A DNA stretch of 64,000 nucleotides from an uncultured Clostridia bacterium (GCA_944391965.1 CALXVH010000005.1:4131-68130), one strand, 5' to 3'; shown: positions 30,853 to 41,160, numbered from the stretch's first letter. Numbers and translations are program-made. Notes: generated from the letters alone by a model not told the origin.

Positions 30853-32637
30853 CTATTCATTTATATTATCAGTAAAATATTCTTCTTCATATCCTGAAAT
30901 AACTTTATAATATTTTCCTATAAAATATGGTTCTCCATTTTGTTCTGCAATTTCGTAAGTAGGTTCAAGAATTACATTACCGTCTTTGTCTATAACTCCC
31001 CACTTACCATCTTTCTTTATTCCTGCAAAACCTAATTCATTTAGTTCTGTAACTTTTTCATATTGATAATCAACTTTTATATTATTGTTTTTATCTACAA
31101 ATCCCCACATTCCATCTTTTTCTGAAGCAAAAAGTGTATTATCTGGGAATATATCAAAATCACTTTTTAAAGAACCATCTAAACCAACATATTCTGTTTG
31201 TGTGGTTGAATATACTTTTATATAATTATTATTTATCTCCAATTTTCCATTTTCCATAGATACAATTTTACCTATTTGTTTATTATATAATTCTAATGTA
31301 TTACCTGTCAACGCCTGAATAATGTCACTATTATCTAGTTTTTGAATTACTTCGTAATTTATTGGAAGCAATTCTTCTCCTTTATCATTTATTATTCCTG
31401 ATTTACCAGAATCTCCTCCTACAATAAAATAATTGTCAAACAAATATTGGATATAATTATATTTATTTTCTATAATTGTATTCCCATCTTTTGAAATAAC
31501 ACCATATTTATCATTTGTATCTATAGATATATTATAGTTTTCATTATTAGTCATTAGTATATTTGTAAATTGAAGATTTTCTTGTTTAGTACCTGATAAA
31601 TCAAACGTTTCTGAATTTCCATTTTTAGTAGCTATAATATAATTTCCTGGTATTTGAATTTGATCATAGTCTACATTTAAAATTTGTTTTCCATTTAAAT
31701 CTGTTACACCATATTTATTATCTTTTTGTAATATTAATAATTTACTATCTTCATTATAATTTATAGCTTGATAATTATTATCTAATAAAAGTTTATCATT
31801 TTTATATAACTGTATATTTCCATTTTTTTCTGTAACAAGATAAACATTTTCGTCATCTTTAATATTGTTCATTCTATATACTCTATCAAAATCTGTTTCT
31901 AAAAATTGCTCTCTATTACTATTTATATAACCATATTGAATTTTTCCCTCTTCATTCTTTACTCCTACAATATATCCATCTAATGTATATTCTTTTTCTG
32001 TACTGTAATAACTATCTCCTGTTATATAATCATATTTAAAATCTAGTAATCTTCCGCCATTTATATTTACAACACCATATTTATCACCTTTTTTAGCAAT
32101 CAATTCGCCTTCTCTATATGGCATATTTCTTATTTCATCATATTCTGGTTTTATTATACTTTTTCCACTAAAATCTATTATTCCATACTTACCATCTTTT
32201 TGGTATTGTAAAACTGTTTTTTCGTATGGGATGCTACTTACAATTTCTTTTATATCTATAGTATTTATATTCTCATAATTTGTTAATATTTCTTCATTTT
32301 TCTCATTTAATACTTTAGTTTTATATTCTCCTGATGTAGCATTATAGTCATATATACATATAAATATAGGTTCTTTTGGATTTGGAATTTTTATTGTATT
32401 ATATTCTGGCTCAATAATTATATTTCCTGATTTGTCTATAACTCCTGATTTCCCATTACTTATTATTTTATAATAATTTATATCTGCATTTTCTATTTTC
32501 TCTACAGTATAATTTTCTTTACTTTTATTTATAGCAATAATTATTCCACTTATTATTGCTATTATTAAAATTACTAATAATACAATTATACTTATTTTCT
32601 TTAGTTTTCTATTATCTTTTCTTTCTTGAAATTTCAT
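30853..32637 (-). CDS. WG (KWG) repeat-containing membrane-anchored protein
   Basis: N-terminal TM; repeated GKYGII/WGFVDK/WGVIDK units. Confidence 0.85.
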   Translation of the reverse strand: MKFQERKDNRKLKKISIIVLLVILIIAIISGIIIAINKSKENYTVEKIENADINYYKIISNGKSGVIDKSGNIIIEPEYNTIKIPNPKEPIFICIYDYNATSGEYKTKVLNEKNEEILTNYENINTIDIKEIVSSIPYEKTVLQYQKDGKYGIIDFSGKSIIKPEYDEIRNMPYREGELIAKKGDKYGVVNINGGRLLDFKYDYITGDSYYSTEKEYTLDGYIVGVKNEEGKIQYGYINSNREQFLETDFDRVYRMNNIKDDENVYLVTEKNGNIQLYKNDKLLLDNNYQAINYNEDSKLLILQKDNKYGVTDLNGKQILNVDYDQIQIPGNYIIATKNGNSETFDLSGTKQENLQFTNILMTNNENYNISIDTNDKYGVISKDGNTIIENKYNYIQYLFDNYFIVGGDSGKSGIINDKGEELLPINYEVIQKLDNSDIIQALTGNTLELYNKQIGKIVSMENGKLEINNNYIKVYSTTQTEYVGLDGSLKSDFDIFPDNTLFASEKDGMWGFVDKNNNIKVDYQYEKVTELNELGFAGIKKDGKWGVIDKDGNVILEPTYEIAEQNGEPYFIGKYYKVISGYEEEYFTDNINE

Positions 32638-32753
32638 TTCAAATATTCCTCCTATTTGAATATTCCCATTTTTCGTTAGTTATAGTCAACTTATACATAA
32701 TTATATAGTTTTGCAAAATATCTGTCAATGAAATTTCTTTATCTATTTAATTT

Positions 32754-34007
32754 TTACATTCCAGTTTTAGGAAGCTTTTTCACCTCATTTTTTACACCTA
32801 AACTATTTCTAAAAACATCCACTTCTGGTCTTTCCTCTTTCGTATTCTTTATTGTTACTGTTAATTCCTCATTAAATTCTGGTCTTATCTCTATAAAACC
32901 ATTATATAAAATATATCCAGCTGGTGATTGAATCTCTTTTATATAATATGTCCCTGGAATTATGTTCTCGATTGTTGCTTCTCCATTTTTATCTGTTCTA
33001 ATTTCTGAAATTATTATTTCTTTGTTTTTATCTAACAACTGAAATACTGCATTTTCTAAATTTTTCTCTCCAGTTTCGTCCTTTTTTATTATTTTAATTT
33101 TCGTTTCATTTTTATTATAATAAATTTCTTTTTCTCCTACTCCATTTTCATATGATACACCTGTTATTGCATAATCTTGATTGCTCGAATTTGGCGCTCT
33201 TCCTATAAAAATTGGTTTTGTTTCTACATTTGCATATGCCTTCAATTTTATACTTCCTCCATCACTTAATTCACTTATTGGAATAGATATTCTAAATTTT
33301 TCATTTGAATTAAATTCTTGTCTTGGTTCATTGTTTAAATCTGTTATTATTGCACTATTCGTTACATCTTCTTTATTTATTGTATATGTGTTAATTGGTC
33401 CTTCTGAATTGATATAAAATTCTTTACTTATACAACCAGGCATCTGTTCATTTTCTTCCCAATTTTTAGTTTCTTCAATTATATTTAATTTTGAAGATAT
33501 TTGATTATTTTCTCCATCATTAACTTTTAATAAAATATTATTTAAAGCATTCCATGTTCTTTGACCTGCTTCACCTATTGGTGAAAAATCGTTAATTGTA
33601 TAATTATATAATACTGAATATACAGCCATTTTAGTTGCCATAAAAGCTTCTCCTATTGTGTTACATCCCATTTCTTCAGGTGTTTTATATGGATATCCAT
33701 TTGTTATAGCTTTCCATATATATACATTCTTTATAACTCCATCTAAATTTACACTATAACTTATATTATCATCTACTCCTGCTTTATTTTTATCTAAACA
33801 GTATGCAGGATATTCTTTGCCATTTTCGTTATATACAACTATATACGTTTTGACTACAATATCCCCTTTTTTTAATAATCTTCCACAATCTCCTTTTGAA
33901 TATAAATTTCTACTATCTATATTTGCAAATGTTGTTATTGTTATAGCATTTAATACACATACTATCATACAAAAAATTATAATAAATTTTATAACTATTC
34001 TTTTCAT
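32754..34007 (-). CDS. Secreted thioester-domain (TED) plus SpaA/CnaB adhesin ending in LPKTGM*
   Basis: Signal peptide; AYCLD; ATKMAVY; QDYA; CnaB K-D/YIKE/TIKN; C-terminal LPKTG. Confidence 0.85.
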   Translation of the reverse strand: MKRIVIKFIIIFCMIVCVLNAITITTFANIDSRNLYSKGDCGRLLKKGDIVVKTYIVVYNENGKEYPAYCLDKNKAGVDDNISYSVNLDGVIKNVYIWKAITNGYPYKTPEEMGCNTIGEAFMATKMAVYSVLYNYTINDFSPIGEAGQRTWNALNNILLKVNDGENNQISSKLNIIEETKNWEENEQMPGCISKEFYINSEGPINTYTINKEDVTNSAIITDLNNEPRQEFNSNEKFRISIPISELSDGGSIKLKAYANVETKPIFIGRAPNSSNQDYAITGVSYENGVGEKEIYYNKNETKIKIIKKDETGEKNLENAVFQLLDKNKEIIISEIRTDKNGEATIENIIPGTYYIKEIQSPAGYILYNGFIEIRPEFNEELTVTIKNTKEERPEVDVFRNSLGVKNEVKKLPKTGM

Positions 34008-34642
34008 TAATTTTCTCCTTTCCATTTTATAGCCTGTACATATCTACGATATTCAGGTTCGTTTTCTACACATGTTATTAATGTTATTTTATCTTGGCTA
34101 CTATTTTCTAATTTACTCCAATCCGTATCTTTTATAATTCCAATTTCACTTACACTATACTTAGATATCTCTCCATTATATGTATAAATAACTAAATCTC
34201 CTTTTTGTAATAACTTTATATTTTGAAAATAGTTAACTGGATACCCTCTATTATGGGCTGCAAGTCCTACGTTTCCTTTATCTTTCGGAGTTTCAACAAA
34301 ATGACCTACATATTTATTCATAATATTAGTACTCGTTCCCTCCGATATAGGTGCAATAAGATTAATTTTTGGGATTTCTATCTGCCAAATATTGTAAATA
34401 TCTTTGCGTTGTTCTTCATTTTCTATTATATGTTGAGCTTTAGCAGACTCAATAATAGTGTTATTAGGAATTTTTAATTCTATTTCTATTTTATCTGGAA
34501 TAATCTTCTCTACAGAATTATTAAAAATTTGGTTTTGATTTATAAAAAATGTTTGATCTAAAAAAATAAAAATTATTATAGAAATTATGAGAGTAATTAA
34601 AATTATATTTTCATGACTAAAATTACATATGGATACCACCAC
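34007..34642 (-). CDS. Class D sortase (start codon uncertain)
   Basis: N-terminal TM; GLAAHNRGY; TLITC..R triad; TAATG stop/start overlap with the downstream gene. Confidence 0.9.
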   Translation of the reverse strand: MVVSICNFSHENIILITLIISIIIFIFLDQTFFINQNQIFNNSVEKIIPDKIEIELKIPNNTIIESAKAQHIIENEEQRKDIYNIWQIEIPKINLIAPISEGTSTNIMNKYVGHFVETPKDKGNVGLAAHNRGYPVNYFQNIKLLQKGDLVIYTYNGEISKYSVSEIGIIKDTDWSKLENSSQDKITLITCVENEPEYRRYVQAIKWKGEN

Positions 34643-34733
34643 CTATTTTGAAAAAAATTAAATGAATAAAATTGCAATTTTCATTATATTACATTATTCT
34701 TATTGTTTTGTAAAGCTTTTTCGTAAGACATTA

Positions 34734-34740
34734 TTCGACA
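34734..34740 (-). promoter_or_regulatory. Spo0A box
   Basis: Perfect TGTCGAA about 105 nt upstream of the sortase gene; a single 7-mer can occur by chance. Confidence 0.45.
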
Positions 34741-34809
34741 TTTTATCTTATTCGCAATTTAAAGCATATATATCTTTATTAAATATATAATTCTACAAGT
34801 CAAAAAAAT

Positions 34810-34863
34810 AGGGATTTAAGGAACGTCCCCAAATCCCTAACAAGGAATGTCCTCAAAATCCCT
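34810..34863 (-). repeat. REP-like repeat, copy 5 plus partial copy 6
   Basis: AGGGATTTAAGGAACGTCCCCAAATCCCT then AAGGAATGTCCTCAAAATCCCT. Confidence 0.85.
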
Positions 34864-34869
34864 ATTTAC

Positions 34870-36363
34870 CTATTTTCCTATATCTAGATCAAAATAGAAT
34901 TCTACTCCAGTATCTTTATTTTCTACACCAAAATCATTATTGTAATTATTCATTATTGCTTTTACTAAAGCTAGTCCTATACCTGTACCGCCATTGGCTC
35001 TATTTCTTGAAGAATCCACTTTATAAAAACGTCTCCATATTCTTTGTAAATTTTCTTCTTCGATATTATCACCGGTATTAAATACATATACTCTAACTTT
35101 ATTAGTCTTTTTCCTCATTTCTACTTTTATTTTTATATATTTTTCATTGAATACTTCTTTTGCGTGTTTTATAGCATTTGTAAAATAATTTGTTACAACT
35201 TGTTCAATATAGAATTCATCTGCATATACTATAACTTCTTCTGGCATATCCATCCTAACTTCAATATTATTTTCCTCAAGCATAACTTTAGATTTTCTAA
35301 TAACTTCTTGTATTAACTCTATAACATTAAAATTAGCATTTTGAAATTCTCTTTTTCCATATTCCAATTTCATAAGTTCTAATAATTGTTTTACTAATTT
35401 ATCCATCTTATTAGCTTCATCAAGTATTACATCTGCATAAAATTGTCTATTTTCTTCATCTGTATTAACATTTTCTACTAATCCTTCTGCATATCCTTGA
35501 ATTAAAGCTATTGGTGTTTTAAGTTCATGAGAAACATCTGATATAAATTGAGTTCTCATTTCTTCTATTTTAGATTTCTCCTCTATATCTTTTTCTAGCT
35601 CAACATTAGAATTTCGTAATTGTTGTATTGTTGCCTCTAGCTTGTCTGACATGATATTAATACTTCTCCCTAAGGCATTTATTTCATCATCAACATCTTT
35701 TGGATGGAATTTTTTACTAAAATCAAGTCTTGCCATTTTTTCTGCAATTTCATTTAATTCTTGAATAGGCTCTGTAAACCTCTTAGAAATAAAAGTTATC
35801 AAAATAGCTGCAATTATTAATGTTATCCCACCAATCAAGTATAAAAATGTGTTAGAAATTTTAACACTTTCCTGAATTGAAGATATTGGCATTCTTATAT
35901 ACAAATTGTAGTTATTATCTAAAGAACCTGACAATAATATATATGTAATATTATCTGATGGGTCTTTAACTTTCTTTATATTAACATTTTTATTAGCATA
36001 AATTATATTTCTGTTAGTGTCACTTCTTAATGCATTCATTTCATTTATTGTTTGAATGAAATTTTCATTAGATGTATATAAATTTATACCGTCTTGTGTT
36101 TCTAGTATAATATCATAATTACTTCTTGCAGCATAATTAGATAATATATTAGTTATTACTTTTTCTGATTGATTTGTATTATATGCTTTATTTACTTCAT
36201 CAAATATATCTACAAGAGCTCCTTGTTTTGTGTATAAATAAAAAGATTCTAATACTATATTATTTAACACGATTAAAAACAAGATTATTACTACAACTGA
36301 TATTGCAAGTGTTATAAATAATTTAAAACGTATGGAATTGTATTTTTTGTTTATTTTCTTCAC
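34870..36363 (-). CDS. HAMP-domain sensor histidine kinase
   Basis: SHELKTP, NYFTNAIKH, GGTGIGLA; two TM segments. Confidence 0.93.
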   Translation of the reverse strand: MKKINKKYNSIRFKLFITLAISVVVIILFLIVLNNIVLESFYLYTKQGALVDIFDEVNKAYNTNQSEKVITNILSNYAARSNYDIILETQDGINLYTSNENFIQTINEMNALRSDTNRNIIYANKNVNIKKVKDPSDNITYILLSGSLDNNYNLYIRMPISSIQESVKISNTFLYLIGGITLIIAAILITFISKRFTEPIQELNEIAEKMARLDFSKKFHPKDVDDEINALGRSINIMSDKLEATIQQLRNSNVELEKDIEEKSKIEEMRTQFISDVSHELKTPIALIQGYAEGLVENVNTDEENRQFYADVILDEANKMDKLVKQLLELMKLEYGKREFQNANFNVIELIQEVIRKSKVMLEENNIEVRMDMPEEVIVYADEFYIEQVVTNYFTNAIKHAKEVFNEKYIKIKVEMRKKTNKVRVYVFNTGDNIEEENLQRIWRRFYKVDSSRNRANGGTGIGLALVKAIMNNYNNDFGVENKDTGVEFYFDLDIGK

Positions 36364-37040
36364 TGTTTTACCTCGAATTTATATCCAACTCCACGCATAG
36401 TTTCGATATATTTTCCCTTTTTACCTAATTTATGTCTAATTTTCTTTATATGACTATCTATTGTTCTTGAATCACCATAATAATCATAATTCCATACATT
36501 GTTTAATATTTTGTCTCTTGATAATGCAATATTTTCGTTATCTACTAAATATTTTAATAATTCATATTCTCTTAAACTTAATTCTATTTGTTTACCATCA
36601 ACTTTAACGGTTCTTCCCTCTGGATCAATAGTAATTCCACCATAGTCTTTAACTTTATCTGTTTCTTTTCTAGTTCTTTTTAGAATTGCTTCTACCCTTG
36701 CTACCAATATTTTTGGGCTAAATGGCTTAGAAATATATTCATCAACACCTAGTTCAAACCCAAATAATTCGTCTTGTTCTTCTCCTCTTGCTGTAAGCAT
36801 TATTATTGGTACCTGTGAAATTTGTCTTATTTGTCTTAATACAGACCAACCATCTAGTTTTGGCATCATTACATCTAATAGTATTAAATTAATCTTATTT
36901 TGATTTTCCTCAAATACTTGTAAAGCTTCTTCACCATCAGCTGCTTCCAAAATACTATATCCTTTCTGAGCCAAAAAATCTTTAACTAATTTTCTCATTC
37001 TTGATTCGTCATCTACTACTAAAATATTTTCACTAACCAT
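36360..37040 (-). CDS. OmpR-family response regulator
   Basis: LVVDDE, LLDVMMP, KPFS, winged-helix C-terminus. Confidence 0.93.
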   Translation of the reverse strand: MVSENILVVDDESRMRKLVKDFLAQKGYSILEAADGEEALQVFEENQNKINLILLDVMMPKLDGWSVLRQIRQISQVPIIMLTARGEEQDELFGFELGVDEYISKPFSPKILVARVEAILKRTRKETDKVKDYGGITIDPEGRTVKVDGKQIELSLREYELLKYLVDNENIALSRDKILNNVWNYDYYGDSRTIDSHIKKIRHKLGKKGKYIETMRGVGYKFEVKQ

Positions 37041-37066
37041 AAATTTCCGCTCCTTCTACATAATTA

Positions 37067-37726
37067 TTATATATTATAATCACTTTTTTTGTCCAGTTTG
37101 TGAAAAGATTTAAAATATTTGCTTATTTCTTTATATTTTTTGTTTTCTTTAATAATTAAATACCATAAAAAAATTATTATAAAAATAATTGCTATATTTT
37201 GAGTGTATAATAATCCAATACTTGCTAATGCTGTAAGAATACTCATTATTATATTGTTAACAGAATTACTAATTTTGTATGCTTCAAAATTTCCATAAAC
37301 AATTCTTAATACCCTGTTTAATATTTGTCCTCCATCTAATGGATATATTGGTAATAAATTAAAAATCGCAATTAATACATTTATATATACTGGTTCCGCC
37401 ATATTTAAAAGCATAAAGAAAAACGCAATTACTATATTAGATATTGGTCCCATTAATAATATAATTATCTTTTTTACATTATTAAAATTTGATTTTCTAA
37501 TTTTAGTATTATACTCTTCCTCTCTTTCATTAAAAGCTATTGATAATCCTAATGGCATAATTCTTACACTTTTAACTTTATATCCTAAAATTATTCCAGT
37601 CAAAAGATGAAAGCATTCGTGTATAATTGCAAATGTCATAAACAATATGTACATATAAATTTGATTAACAAGCAAAAAAGCTAATGCTATTAAAAATATT
37701 TTTATATCTATCTTAAATTCCATCAT
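37067..37726 (-). CDS. spoIVFB: SpoIVFB-like M50 intramembrane protease
   Basis: HECFH (HExxH); NLLPIYPLDGG; downstream of an M23 gene. Confidence 0.75.
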   Translation of the reverse strand: MMEFKIDIKIFLIALAFLLVNQIYMYILFMTFAIIHECFHLLTGIILGYKVKSVRIMPLGLSIAFNEREEEYNTKIRKSNFNNVKKIIILLMGPISNIVIAFFFMLLNMAEPVYINVLIAIFNLLPIYPLDGGQILNRVLRIVYGNFEAYKISNSVNNIIMSILTALASIGLLYTQNIAIIFIIIFLWYLIIKENKKYKEISKYFKSFHKLDKKSDYNI

Positions 37727-37811
37727 TCACTCTTTCTAATTAAATTGTCATCTAAACATCTTTGTATTTCAACAACCATAATTGTATGTTTGCCCCCTAT
37801 CTAATCATTAA

Positions 37812-38672
37812 TTAAAACTCTAAAATCATATCTGGATCTACATATCTATCTTGTTTTCTTATTTCAAAATGTAAATGTGGTCCTGTAACATTTCCTGTTG
37901 CTCCTACTTCCGCTATTGGTTGGTTCTGCGTTACATAATCTCCTTCTTTTACATACAATTTATTACAATGTGCATAATAAATTGCTACATCATCCTTTTC
38001 TATTCTTAAATGATTTCCGTAATCTCCTTCACTTGATGCAATTTTCACAACACCATCCAAAGCTGCATATATAACTGTTCCTGTATTTGCTGCAATATCT
38101 ATTCCTGTATGATTTTTAGGTACTGTAACTGTAGTTGGCTCTCTATATCCAAACCTAGATGTAATAGTTCCTACAAGTGGTTTTATTAAATTATATTTAT
38201 TTTTTATTTCATTTGCATCTATTTCCATTTGGGACAAATTTGATTCTTCTACTTCTCCTGTTGCTCCACCAATACTAGCAGTATTATTTAAAATTTCATT
38301 TAAATCAATCTCATTCGTAACTTCATTGTTCATTGTATTTGTAATCTGATTTTCTGAGTTTTTTACAAATAAATTATTTGAATCTATCCAATTCATAAAG
38401 TTTTTATATAATTCATCAAAATTAATATCATATGCCATAATCTCTTTAGCTTTAGCTATCATATCTTTAGAGAATAAATTTTCTGTATGACCAAAAAAAT
38501 AAAATATCGAATATATACTTAGACATACAATAATTTGAATTATCATCTTTTTTATTAATTTGTTCTTATATTTCGGAATGCTTTTTATAGGTTCGTGACC
38601 CACACTTCCTTTATTTCTATAGACTTCTTCTGCTCTTCTTATTCTTTCTTCTGTTGATAGTACTCTTTCCAT
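37812..38672 (-). CDS. M23 peptidase-domain protein, SpoIVFA-like position
   Basis: One TM; HTGIDI, YAH, GPHLHFE. Confidence 0.8.
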   Translation of the reverse strand: MERVLSTEERIRRAEEVYRNKGSVGHEPIKSIPKYKNKLIKKMIIQIIVCLSIYSIFYFFGHTENLFSKDMIAKAKEIMAYDINFDELYKNFMNWIDSNNLFVKNSENQITNTMNNEVTNEIDLNEILNNTASIGGATGEVEESNLSQMEIDANEIKNKYNLIKPLVGTITSRFGYREPTTVTVPKNHTGIDIAANTGTVIYAALDGVVKIASSEGDYGNHLRIEKDDVAIYYAHCNKLYVKEGDYVTQNQPIAEVGATGNVTGPHLHFEIRKQDRYVDPDMILEF

Positions 38673-38736
38673 AAAAAAACACCTCTTCCTTGGTAATATA
38701 TTTGTACAATATATTCACAAGTTAAGGTATTTATGT

Positions 38737-39072
38737 TTAAAATATAAAACTTAGTATAATCATACTCATATATATACCTAATAAAATAAGACTTATCTTT
38801 TTTAATTTGTTATACTTTTTCATAATATCATTATACTTTTTCTTATCTTCATAACTATTTATATTTTTTAGATAATCATAAATTACAGTTTCTGCTTCTT
38901 TTAATACATATCCATTTTCTGCTTTAGTATTCATTTTACTATTTTTCATTCTTTTTATAAGTTCTTTTTCTTTATTTTTTACTTCTGGTTTAATTACAAC
39001 CCATGCTTCTTCCACTATGTTTGAAGGTAAATTTTTTATAACAATCATATCTTTCATTTCCATATGTATCAC
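38737..39072 (-). CDS. Hypothetical protein with C-terminal TM
   Basis: NLPSNIVEEAWVV; RBS AGAGGTG. Confidence 0.7.
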   Translation of the reverse strand: MIHMEMKDMIVIKNLPSNIVEEAWVVIKPEVKNKEKELIKRMKNSKMNTKAENGYVLKEAETVIYDYLKNINSYEDKKKYNDIMKKYNKLKKISLILLGIYMSMIILSFIF

Positions 39073-39099
39073 CTCTAAATTTATATTTATACTAATGAT

Positions 39100-39633
39100 T
39101 TACAAATTTAGAAATTTTATACTCTGTAATATGATTTTCGAAATATTTTTTGAAAATTTTAATATTAATTTATAATCTGCGTTTTTTAGATTATAATAAT
39201 TTTTTATTAAATTTTTTTCATCTTTAGCAACAATACCTTTAATTGCTATATTTCCAATTGCTGTTGCTTTTTTATTTAATGCACTTCCTGGCACTAATCC
39301 TTTTTTTATTATAAATACATTTCCTGGTTCTATAGTATTTGATAAAGCAGAATCTATACTAATCACATAAGGATTATCACAATTATATTTTATGTTTTTT
39401 ATATTTTTCGAGTTTATATTATTTGTTAAATCTCCAATTACTTTTATTTTTTTATCTTTTATATTGCGTTTTAAAATTTCTCCAATTATTGGTCCAAAGC
39501 TATCCCCAACTATTTTATTTGTTCCAATACAAATAAAAATCAAATCAGAATATCTTTTTTCATTTACTTTTTTTATTACTTTATTAAATTCAAAATAAAA
39601 ATTAGCATATACGCAATTATCAAAAGACATCAT
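39100..39633 (-). CDS. yyaC: Spore protease YyaC (DUF1256)
   Basis: FICIGT..GDSFGP.IG; ID..L; PGSALNK..IG.IAIKGIV. Confidence 0.8.
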   Translation of the reverse strand: MMSFDNCVYANFYFEFNKVIKKVNEKRYSDLIFICIGTNKIVGDSFGPIIGEILKRNIKDKKIKVIGDLTNNINSKNIKNIKYNCDNPYVISIDSALSNTIEPGNVFIIKKGLVPGSALNKKATAIGNIAIKGIVAKDEKNLIKNYYNLKNADYKLILKFSKNISKIILQSIKFLNL

Positions 39634-39699
39634 ATCCCTCCATAATCACAGTATATGCTTTTTTAACTAGTATATTCACTTAGTGTTTTAGTTACATAA

Positions 39700-39945
39700 C
39701 TAATTTTTTGTTTTGGCAATTATTATATTTATATCTTTAGAGTTATAATATTTTTTAAATAAATCTTGTGAATAACCAGCAACTTCATTTGTTATAAAAA
39801 ATGTTTTATAATCATCTTTGATTAAATTTTCCAAGACTTTATCCACATTTTCTAAGTCTTGTAACTCTATGCCATCCATACCAATATTCTTAAAGAATTT
39901 AAAACTAGTATTATCATGAATTGACTTTATATAAGATATTTTCAT
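39700..39945 (-). CDS. V-type ATPase subunit F-like small protein (orphan)
   Basis: Pattern FKFFKNIGMDGIE...DYKTFFITNE resembles NtpG/VhaF. Confidence 0.45.
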   Translation of the reverse strand: MKISYIKSIHDNTSFKFFKNIGMDGIELQDLENVDKVLENLIKDDYKTFFITNEVAGYSQDLFKKYYNSKDINIIIAKTKN

Positions 39946-39977
39946 AATAATCACCTAAGTATATTATATCCAATATA

Positions 39978-40856
39978 TTAATTTTTATTTACTAAATTTA
40001 TTAAATCTTCTTTAGAAAAAAGATACTTTTTATTACAAAAATGGCATATAATCTCTGCTTTACCATCTTCTTCTATTATTTTATTTATCTCATTTTTATC
40101 TAAAGCTTGTAATGCCCTTTCAATCTTTTCTTTACTACAATCACATTCATATATTGGATGCATATCTGTTTGAATAACTTTTACATTTTTATCTCCAGTT
40201 ACTTTTTTAGCAATTTCTAACAATGATAAATTATCATCCAACATTTTTGACATTGCACCTGCTTCAAATATACTTTTTTCTATATTTGTTATATCATTAT
40301 CAGTTGCATCTGGCATAGCTGTTAATAAATACCCACCAGCTTTTTTTACTCCATTTTTATCTACAAGCACTCCTAAAGCAACCGCTGATCTTGTTTGCTC
40401 AGATTCTGTAAAATATCTAGCAAAATCTTCTGCAATTTCTCCAGATGAAATTGGAATTACACCTATATATGGTTCTTTTAATCCTATATCTTTAATTACG
40501 TTTACATAGCCATTATATCCTACAACCCCACCTACATCTAATTTTCCAAATTCATTTAATGGAGCATCTACTTGTGGATTATCTACCATTCCTTTTATTT
40601 TTAAATTACTATTTACTACAGCAACCATTTTACCTATTGGTCCATCACCTTTAATTTGTAAAGTAATATTATCTTTTTCTGATTTTAAATCACTTCCCAT
40701 GATGACACCCATTGTTAATAATCTACCTAATGCTGCTGTTGCTACAGGGCTTAAATCATGTGTTTTTCTTGCTTCTTCTACTAAACTTGTAGTTTCTGCA
40801 CAAGTTATAGCGATTCTTCCATTATATGCTAAAAATTTTATTATTTTGTCTTCCAT
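39978..40856 (-). CDS. hslO: Redox-regulated chaperone Hsp33
   Basis: ALGRLLT, SGEIAED, CDC and CHFC zinc motifs. Confidence 0.95.
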   Translation of the reverse strand: MEDKIIKFLAYNGRIAITCAETTSLVEEARKTHDLSPVATAALGRLLTMGVIMGSDLKSEKDNITLQIKGDGPIGKMVAVVNSNLKIKGMVDNPQVDAPLNEFGKLDVGGVVGYNGYVNVIKDIGLKEPYIGVIPISSGEIAEDFARYFTESEQTRSAVALGVLVDKNGVKKAGGYLLTAMPDATDNDITNIEKSIFEAGAMSKMLDDNLSLLEIAKKVTGDKNVKVIQTDMHPIYECDCSKEKIERALQALDKNEINKIIEEDGKAEIICHFCNKKYLFSKEDLINLVNKN

Positions 40857-40943
40857 TTTTATTTCCTTTCTAAAACTTTATTTATATAATAAAAAATCTG
40901 TTGAAAACAGCTTTTAAAGGTCTTTCAACAGATTATATTAACT

Positions 40944-41096
40944 CTATTGTTTCTCAAACATATCTTTTCCTACTCCACAAATTGGGCAAACCCAATCGTC
41001 TGGTATATCTTCAAAAGCTGTTCCTGGAGCTATTCCTGAATCTGGATCTCCTTTTTCTGGATCATATACATATCCACATGCTAAGCAAACGTACAT
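40944..41096 (-). CDS. Rubredoxin, 50 aa (absent from ORF track)
   Basis: [50 protein letters not shown]; RBS GAGGTG. Confidence 0.95.
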   Translation of the reverse strand: MYVCLACGYVYDPEKGDPDSGIAPGTAFEDIPDDWVCPICGVGKDMFEKQ

Positions 41097-41160
41097 ATTT
41101 ATCACCTCTTTAATTTTTTCTAATTATATTATGAATATCTTAATTTAGCAATATATAAAT

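Noticed and set aside
39100-39633. YyaC GTN (instead of GTD) as evidence of inactivation
   Set aside because: I cannot establish that this Asp is catalytic; the GD and ID aspartates are retained.
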